Positions 53,923 through 64,000 of a stretch of DNA of 64,000 nucleotides are shown here, in pieces. The stretch lies in assembly GCA_951406725.2 (NCBI GenBank), contig OX597828.1:68448001-68512000 (forward strand), read 5' to 3'. The translations under genes and the position numbers were made by a program. The notes under the pieces are model-generated. The model was not told where the DNA came from, did no database searches, and was given only the letters and a program-made list of their open reading frames with translations. Numbering within the stretch: position 1 is the stretch's first letter; the number at the start of each line of letters is the position of its first letter. Source of the stretch: Octopus vulgaris (taxonomy: Eukaryota).

Positions 53923-54097
53923 TACATACTTATATGCTTATATGTATACACACACACATATATATACATGTACATACATGCATGCATTCATACATATACA
54001 TGTACATGCATGTATATATATATATAAATATATATTCGGATTTTTTAAATATGCTAGGCCACTGGTTTTAATTGATTAATATCAATTACTACCATTA

Positions 54098-54158
<61 letters not shown>

Positions 54159-55027
54159 GTACATATATATCCAGTTGTATATGTATGTACGTACGTACGT
54201 ATCAATGCACGTATGTATATCGTTATGATTGCAGCTGAGTTGAACCAGTCGGGTGTTAAATTGTTAAAAAAAGATGAAGAGTACTAAGGTATGTTATCTC
54301 TTACGATAGACATGCTTAAGAACAAGCCTCACCCCCGACCCCCCAGTAAACGAGCAACAGCTGCAGTGGGTGTGTGAGAGTGTGTGAGTGTGTTTGTGTG
54401 TGTGTCTGTATGTAGTAGTTTTATCTTCCTCCAAAACACTGCAAAAACGAGAGAAGCGCTGTTGTTTCCTTTGACTTACAAACGCAGATGTTATTAATGC
54501 TAGAAATACTGCAGTTAGCCGGAGCTACTCAGACATTATTAACGGCGCTTGTTTGCGTGTTTCACAGCTGAGCACAAAGAGACTTGGTGTTGAAAGAAAA
54601 ACTGTATCAAGTTCTAATATCCTTTTCTCCTTGTCCAACAAGTAGAAAAGAAATACAAAAAAAAAAACAGAACTCTTATTGTTTCTCATTATAAATGTAT
54701 ATTCGTTTATGTAAACATACACAACTATGCGTTTAGCCTGTTAAAATGTATGTATGTATGTATGTATGTATGTATGTATGTATGTATGTATGTATGTATG
54801 TATGTATGTATGTATGTATGTATGTATGTATATGTGTATGTATGTGTGTGTATGTATGTATGTATGTATGTATGTATGTATGTATGTATGTATGTATGTA
54901 TGTATGTATGTATGTATGTATTTATGTCTTTGCACGTATGTGTACTGTAGTGTGTTTGCATGTACGTATGAATAAATGCATGTATCTAAGTTTATATGTA
55001 AATATGAATATGTGTGTGTGTATGTGA

Positions 55028-55476
<449 letters not shown>

Positions 55477-55490
55477 ATATATAAACATAT

Positions 55491-55561
<71 letters not shown>

Positions 55562-55578
55562 CTCCCCACACGTATATA

Positions 55579-57215
55579 CGAGGGGGTACCAAAAAGTAAC
55601 CGGAAACGTTCTCTGTGGGACTAGCCCCTTGTAGTTCAGGCTTCTGCCGCTAGAAGCAACTTGATGTGATCTTCAGACATCACTGTACCTCCCGGCGGGA
55701 TTTTTGTGATGGCTGAAACGAAGGGGAAACGGCGGCCGAAAACAGTTCTAGTGCTTAGAAGAACGCTGCCATGAAGAAAAACACAGGTTAACAAATGATT
55801 TTTGCGCTTTAAGAATGGTCACCTGTCGCTTGTAGACCAACCTCGCTCAGGGCGACTGTCGACTTCCCGAACGAATGAGAACATCATAAAAATTCAGGAA
55901 CAGCTCTTGGAGGACCGCCATTGAACAACTGACGAACTTGTTGATATGACTGGCGTTTCCTGGGGTTCTTCCCAACGAATTTTGAGGGAGGAATTGCGAA
56001 TGAAAAAAGTTGCTGCAAAATATTGTGCCCCACTTCCTCACGGAGGATCAAAAGCAGTCACGACTGAATGCGTGTCGTGAACTGAAAGCAAAGTTGAGAG
56101 TTGATCCGAACCTTTTTCCGAAGGTCATCACTGGTAATGAAAGCTGATGCTACGGCTACGACCAGGAAACGAAGCAGCAATCAAGTTATGGAAGCATTCA
56201 ATGTCACCACGCCCTCAAAAAGCGCGTCAAGTGAATTCCAATGTCAAGACGATGCTGATTTGTTTCATCGATGCGAAAGGAATTGTCCATACAGTATTTG
56301 TTCCTCCTGGTCAAACTGCTGACCAGGGATTTTATTTGGTAATTCTGAAGCGTTTGCGAAACACGACGGGACGAAATCACCCCGGTCAGTGGCAAAGCGA
56401 AGAGTGATGGTTTCATTACGACAATGCGCCTGCACACACCGCCTTGGAGTGTGAGACAGTTTTTGACCAAAAATGGTGTGACCCCATTTACTCACCCTCC
56501 CTATACATCCCATCTTGCCCCCTGCAACTTCTTTTTGTTTCCTCGAATGAAAAAAAGTCCTTAAAGGAAAACGTTTTTCAGATGTTGAAGAGGTAAAGAA
56601 AAAAAATACGACGTAAGGTACCACTTCGCAAGGCGGCGAGCTCGCAGAATCGTTAGCACGCCGGGCGAAATGCGTAGCCGTATTTCGTCTGCCGTTACGA
56701 TGTGAATTCAAATTCCGCCGAGGTCGACTTTGCCTTTCATCCTTCCGGGGTCTATATATTAAGTACCAGTTACGCATTGGGGTCGATATAATCGACTTAA
56801 TCCGTTTGTCTGTCCTTGTTTGTCCTCTCTGTGTTTAGCCCCTTGTGGGTAGTAAAGAAATAGGTATTTTGTCTGCCGTTACGTTCTGAGTTCAAGTTCC
56901 GCCGAGGTCGACTTTGCCTTTCATCCCCTCGGGGTCGATAAATTAAGTACCTGATACGCACAGGGGTCGATGTAATCGACTTAAGCCCTTTGTCTGTCCT
57001 TGTTTGTCCTCTCTGTGTTTAGCCCCTTGTGGATAGTAAAGAAATAGGCATCACTTCGCAAGAGTTCCAGTACTGCTTCGAACAGTGGAAAACGCGTCTG
57101 GACCGATGCATTGCTTCAGATGGAGAATATTTTGAAGGCAATAAAAGTGTAAACATGTAACACTAAGTGGAAAAAAATGATGTTGCAAAATATGTTTCTT
57201 TTGGGTACCCATTCG
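55579..57215 (+). mobile_element. Near full-length degenerate mariner with nested SINE dimer
   Basis: TA|cgagggggtaccaaaaag ... cttttgggtacccattcg|TA; KTMLICFIDAKGIVHTVFVPPGQT, FHYDNAPAH, HPPYTSHLAPCNFFLFPRMK; stops and frameshifts. Confidence 0.88.
56631..57047 (+). mobile_element. SINE S1 dimer nested in mariner
   Basis: TSD agg(tac/cat)cacttcgcaag. Confidence 0.85.
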
Positions 57216-57379
57216 TATATATGTATGCTAACGATTCTGGCAGCTCGCCACCTTAACAACAGCAACAACAACAACAATAACAACAACAACAACAACAATT
57301 GTACTACCTAGATTGTATTGTACTACATCTAATATGTATATAGATGCACAGATTTTTGCATATTCTTTTGCACACGTGG

Positions 57380-57793
57380 TTATATACATACACAAATTGA
57401 TACGTTAGTCATACGTACATATATATATACATACATGAATACATGTATGTATGTATGTATGTATGTATGTATGTATGTATGTATGTATGTATGTACGTAT
57501 GTATGTATGCATGTATGTATGTATGTATGTATGTATGTATGTATGTATGTATGTATGTACGTATGTATGTATGCATGTATGTATGTATGTATGTATGCAT
57601 GTATGTATGTATGTATGTATGTATGTATGTATGCATGTATATATACATATATGTATGGGAGTTTGTATATATATATACATATATATACATGTATATTTAT
57701 ACACATACATACATACCTTCATACGTATACATATATATCATACTGTACAAACATACACGTACATACACACACATACACATATAGACACCCACC

Positions 57794-57845
<52 letters not shown>

Positions 57846-58036
57846 CATGCACATCTACATACACAAATACACATGTGGCCATCCATCCATCGGAAAGGCA
57901 GCATGTGAAGCTAGAGCAGACTCCCTAAAGTTCAGTGCCTGACTTAAGTACCGCGCATTGTTTGTTGCAAAGCAAATAACTTTCTACGCCGAGAATACTT
58001 CAACATAAAGAAAAAAACAGTTAGCGAATGAGCATG

Positions 58037-58106
<70 letters not shown>

Positions 58107-58398
58107 TACGTACGTTCATGCATATATACATAGATACGTATATATATATATATATACATATAGACATGTGCACCCAGACACACACATCCACTTACATCCA
58201 TCCATACATGCACACATACACGCACATACAAGCATACACACATACATACATACGTACATACATGCATACATGCATACATGCATACACCCACGTATATGTA
58301 TATACTCACATTTATGTGTGTGTATAAATTTATATATACGTATATAAATATGTACATTCACACACAAACGCATATATATATAGAGTTACACCAACACC

Positions 58399-58459
<61 letters not shown>

Positions 58460-58654
58460 TATATATATATGCATATATAGAGAGATACATCAACACATGT
58501 ATATATATATATATACATGTCGACTTTTCCTTTCATCCTTTCGGGGTCGATTAAATAAGTACCAGTTACACACTGCGGTCGATATAATCGACTTAATCCG
58601 TTTTGTCTCTCCTTGTTTGTCCCCTCTGTGTTTAGCTCCTTGTGGGTAGTAAAG

Positions 58655-58700
<46 letters not shown>

Positions 58701-60561
58701 ATATATATATATATATACTTACATATGTATGTTTATAAATACACACACACACGCACGTGCACACACACATATATATATGCCAACGTATTTTGATGCAGGC
58801 GTACATAAATATATACATACCTACAAATAAAAAATCTACTTGGGCATACATACATCTATAAGTACAGAGAACACGAATATGAACTTTTATCCATCCGTAG
58901 CTACCATGCTCACAAACATAAACATACACACAGAATCCCGTATAGTAGATAAGTTAGTGTTTTTGTCTTTTTATATCTAAATGCACTCACGTACTTCTTC
59001 ACTCGCGTTCACTCAAAAATAAGGCGAATATTTGTCCAAAAGAGTGACGAAAGATCCGTGTATATAATCGCTTTGCATTCACATGTGTGTTTAAGTGAGT
59101 TCCTAGTATGGAACGAAGATAATGTAGGATTAAAAAGTTGAAAGAAGATGAAGAAATGAGGACTTACGCAATCGCTGAATGATGTCTGGCTGGAATGTTT
59201 AAAAATATACACAAAAAAAACAGTCAGTTCTCACTTTTGGCGAACTTGTTTAAACTGACGTGTGAATGTTGTATGTATGTGTGTGCGTGCAATTTATGTA
59301 TGTATGTATGTATGTATGTATGTATGTATGTATGTATGTATGTATGTATGTATGTATGTATGTATGTATGTTTGTATGTATGTATGTATGTATGTATGTA
59401 TGTATGTATGTATGTATGCATGCATGTATGTATGTGTGTATATATATGTATGTGTGTGTGTGTGTGTAATTTATGTATGTATGTATGTATGCATATACGT
59501 GTGTGTGTATGTATGTATGTATGTATGTATGTATGTATGTATGCATGCATGTATGTATGTGTGTATATATATGTATGTGTGTGTGTGTAATTTATGTATG
59601 TATGTATGTATGCATATACGTGTGTGTGTATGTATGTGTGTATGTATGTATGTATGCATGCATGTATGTATGTGTATATATATATGTATGTGTGTGTGTG
59701 TGTGTAATTTATGTATGTATGTATGTATGCATATACGTGTGTGTGTATGTATGTATGTATGTATGTATGTATGTATGTATGTATGCATGCATGTATGTAT
59801 GTGTGTATATATATGTATGTGTGTGTGTGTAATTTATGTATGTATGTATGTATGCATATACGTGTGTGTGTATGTATGTGTGTATGTATGTATGTATGTA
59901 TGTATGCATGCATGTATGTATGTGTATATATATATGTATGTGTGTGTGTGTGTGTAATTTATGTATGTATGTATGTATGCATATACGTGTGTGTGTATGT
60001 ATGTATGTATGTATGTATGTATGTATGTATGTATGCATGTATGTATGTGTGTATATATATGTATGTATGTGTGTGTGTGTGTAATTTATGTATGCATGTA
60101 TGTATGCATATATGTGTGTATGTATGTATGTATGTATGTACGTATGTATGTATGTATGCATGCATACATGCATGTATGTATGTGTATATATATATATATG
60201 TATGTATGTGTGTGCGTGTAATTTATTTATTTATTTATTTATGTATGTATGTATGTATGTATGCATGCATGTATGTATGTGTATATGTGCGTATATATGT
60301 ATGTGGGTTTGTATGTACATAGAATCATACACTTACATGTACGTGTTTATACGCATGCATATTTATGTATGAGAAACTTATGTGTATAACTCATGCATGT
60401 GTATATATCACGCGCGCGCACATACGCACGTGCGTGCACATACGCACGTGCGCGCACATACGCACGTGCGCGCACACACACACGCCCCTACACACAATAT
60501 ATCTCATATGCAGATATGTGCGCGCGTGCATGTGTGTATGTGTGTACGTGTGTGTATACAT

Positions 60562-60612
<51 letters not shown>

Positions 60613-60672
60613 ATATATAAATATATACATATACATACATACACACACACATATATATATAAATATATACAT

Positions 60673-60715
<43 letters not shown>

Positions 60716-60716
60716 C

Positions 60717-60747
<31 letters not shown>

Positions 60748-60810
60748 TATACATACACACATACGTACATACACACATATATACATACTTGTAAATATAT
60801 ACACGTACAC
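57380..60810. repeat. Large field of (TATG)n, (CA)n and (TA)n repeats including a ~120-bp higher-order unit at 59270-60300
   Basis: Direct reading; interrupted by short unique blocks and a SINE fragment. Confidence 0.9.
58519..58658 (+). mobile_element. SINE S1 3' fragment
   Basis: S1 body between (TA)n tracts. Confidence 0.75.
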
Positions 60811-61474
60811 ATACGAATATTCACTGATGTCGGGGACAAAATACTCAGGGACGCCTGCTACATGAAAACTTGACAGCAAACTTCACGTTAACATACTTAA
60901 TGCAGGAATACAAGAATTTTTATTTAATTAAAGTTCCCTGTTTAATGACAAGTACAATTATTATTTAAATGACTGATTCTGGAGAATAATTAAGACAAGA
61001 GAGACAATTCAAATAGTTATTCTCACCACTAATGATTTATAATCAAATTTATTGGCTATCATGTTTGTTAGCACCCACCTTTGCTGCTAGGCTTCGGTGC
61101 AGGAGATGACCCTAGGTATTTTTCTCCGTATATTACTCCAGTAAATCTTCATTGCTGTAAAACCTATATCTCTCTCTTGTCATTCTTAGATTTTATGGTG
61201 ATTAGATTAAGGTCCAATGACAGGATTTTTACAACATCAAAACATGTCAAGAGTTACTTCTGAACAGCTAAACATTATACTCACCCCACGGTGGAATCCA
61301 TAGGTGTAATTATTCTTAATTAATTAAAATTCAGAGCCTGTCTCCCTCTGTCTTCATTGGTCAGAATTATTCAGTTAGATAATGATCATTCTCATTGTGA
61401 TTTTAGTAATTGTTAGTGTCCGCCTTATTATGGCCATCACATCCGTCCGTCCGTCCGTTATTCCATCTATCAGT

Positions 61475-61741
<267 letters not shown>

Positions 61742-61794
61742 GTCAGTAACAGTCCTATCAAAAAGCAGTCATGGTTCTAACTGATATTCTTGAC

Positions 61795-62143
61795 CAATTG
61801 TTCTCAACCGGTTTCCATATGACCATATGACCCCCGAAAGTTCATATAAGATTTGTGAAGTGTTGTATGCAAGCAAAATAGTAAATTGGGGACCCACAGA
61901 AGTACATTAAGGGTCCATGAAAACAATTTTGCATTAGATGTATTTATTGCAAGACACTGCTGGATTTCTTTGTCTAATGTCTTTCATAGATCAAACTACA
62001 GAAGTTCATGAGTGATGAAGAAAATAGGCATTTTGAAAGAAGTATCCATAAAACTAGTTATTAAGCATCGAATAGCTCTGGGGTCCACCAGAATAAAATA
62101 GCAATAAATATTTTCCATAGCAAAAAGTGGTTGCAAATCACTG
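61795..62143. mobile_element. hAT-type MITE
   Basis: Termini caattgttctcaacc / ggttgcaaatcactg; 8-bp TSD ttcttgac / ttctagac. Confidence 0.6.
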
Positions 62144-62391
62144 TTCTAGACATTCTGTATCTGAATATCAGGTGGTTGGCACAATTGAGGTGGCTTTGGT
62201 CATATTCTTGATCAGAGTTGATCTAAGACTAAACAACACTACACTGTTATGTAATGAGCCAAAATATTGTATTTAAAATTCCGACAGTTGTGAAGAGAGA
62301 ATTAATTACATTAACGATAAATTCTGGTCAAGGATGGCGGACGAGAAAATTCTGATATTTAAATAAGTTAAAAATTAATTGAACAAGAATA

Positions 62392-62460
<69 letters not shown>

Positions 62461-62484
62461 CATACATACACACAGGCATGTCTG

Positions 62485-62521
<37 letters not shown>

Positions 62522-62608
62522 TTATATATATATACATACATAAATAAATATATACATACATGCACACACACACACACAACATACACTCACACCCACCCAC
62601 ATACACGA

Positions 62609-62646
<38 letters not shown>

Positions 62647-62653
62647 GCACGCA

Positions 62654-62708
<55 letters not shown>

Positions 62709-63044
62709 ACTCACTCACTCACTCACTCACACACACTTCGGCAAGTGCAAAATATAATTAATGTAAGCAGTAGCAAAAGGGGGCGAGTATTTAAATTAAT
62801 AAAGTTAAGGAGTTATAATGATGTGATTAATGAGGGTACGCAGTAGTGGAGGATTGAAGGAGTTAAATTAATTTAGTTAATAAGAGTATGCTGTAGCAGG
62901 GGTGGGTGAGTTAAATTGATATAATTAATATATTTAATGTCGGGACATCTAAAAACTGAACGGAAATAAACAGTGAGAAAGAAATTAATATTCTTTAACG
63001 AGAATGGATTAGAGAGCTTCCACAAGTAGGGGAGTTAACTTAGT

Positions 63045-63872
63045 ATAGGCGTATTCCAGAAGGTTTGAGATTTTTCCAGGAGTGACATTTATTTCAAAGA
63101 AGCACAAAATCTAGTCTCCTTCAATGCACTTGTAGAAATCTTCCCAAGTGAAGGTGTTGAGGCCCCTTGTCATGGTCTCCTCTATCTTTTCCTTCAGGTT
63201 AGGAAACAATCAAAAGTTACAGGGAGCAAGGTCTGGGCTGTAAGGATAGCGATGGAAAGCTTTGATGTCCATCTCTGCCAAGAAGTTGGTTACCAGGAAT
63301 GCAATCGTAGACTGACGCAGGTGTTCTGTCCTTTTGCTAGGGCCTTTTCCTGAACCCCCTTGAAACCTCTCAAAGTAGTCTGGTAAATGGGAATCCTGTG
63401 GATGTAGACGATACCTTTGCTTCCGAAAAAAGGGGTCATCATGAACTTTCCGATGGACTTGCTTTGCCCGATCTATTGTGGCAGCAAAAAACAGATGCTT
63501 AGCTCTTACGAGTTAATCCATAAGTAGTTAATCCATAATCAGTTAATCCATAAGCAGTCTGCAGCTTTTCATACGTTTCTGTAGTGTTTTTTTTTGCCCA
63601 GTTTAACAAAAAACTTTATTGCTCAACGATCTTCCGAATTGTCGTCACGGCCTGACTGCATTCTGCTCACTGGTCAGCTGTGACGAGCAGGGTGTGCCTC
63701 AAAGGAATGTTACAACCGTATCCTTCAATCTGGAATAGCAAAAGCTGACTGCGGGTCAGCTAATAAAGTATATAATAATGATACACTAAAATCATAATAA
63801 TCTATAATAGCTAAAAAAAGAATAAACTGGCCTCACTTAAAAAAAGTCTCAAACTTCTGGAATGCACCTCAG
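63045..63872 (-). mobile_element. Degenerate mariner family M1 copy
   Basis: Collinear similarity with 280-1134; TIR attccagaaggtttgaga / tctcaaacttctggaatg; minus strand shows PYSPDLAP motif near 63222-63245. Confidence 0.78.
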
Positions 63873-64000
63873 ACATGTGTGTGTGTGTGTGTGTGTGTCT
63901 GTGTGTGTGCGGCGTGTGTGTAGATACAGATGCATAAGTGTGTAGGTACAAAAAACTCACATGTACACGCTTACGCTGTCCAAATATAGAAAGTATAAAG

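Noticed and set aside
54480-54630. Minus-strand exon-like segment with gtaagt donor
   Set aside because: No convincing reading frame or link to a gene; may be a distant UTR exon but is unsupported.
59270-60300. CRISPR-like regular repeat spacing
   Set aside because: Eukaryotic simple-sequence array with no unique spacers and no cas genes.

Overview
AT-rich, repeat-dense animal genomic DNA. The SINE families, microsatellite load and gene content suggest an octopod cephalopod (inference). I reconstructed three intron-containing genes by hand from GT/AG sites and reading phase. (1) A + strand gene whose 5' end lies upstream of the window (exons 2346-11167), encoding two chitin-binding type-2-like modules plus a laminin-G/concanavalin-A-like domain (Pif-like/LamG3 type). 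(2) A convergent paralogue on the - strand (26637-20016, 388 aa) with the same LamG exon-phase pattern. (3) A complete secreted phospholipase A2 on the - strand (43488-32668, 172 aa, intact His-Asp site, 16 Cys, furin-type propeptide). The rest is tRNA-derived SINEs, Tc1/mariner, hAT and other DNA-transposon relics, an R4/Dong-like RT fragment and many microsatellites. The most unusual signal is a set of short, microsatellite-flanked, often fold-back elements of several families that carry minimal hammerhead-ribozyme folds, as in Penelope-like elements (best example 32096-32142). Most ORF-track entries are microsatellite artefacts. Repeat boundaries were read by eye and are approximate.
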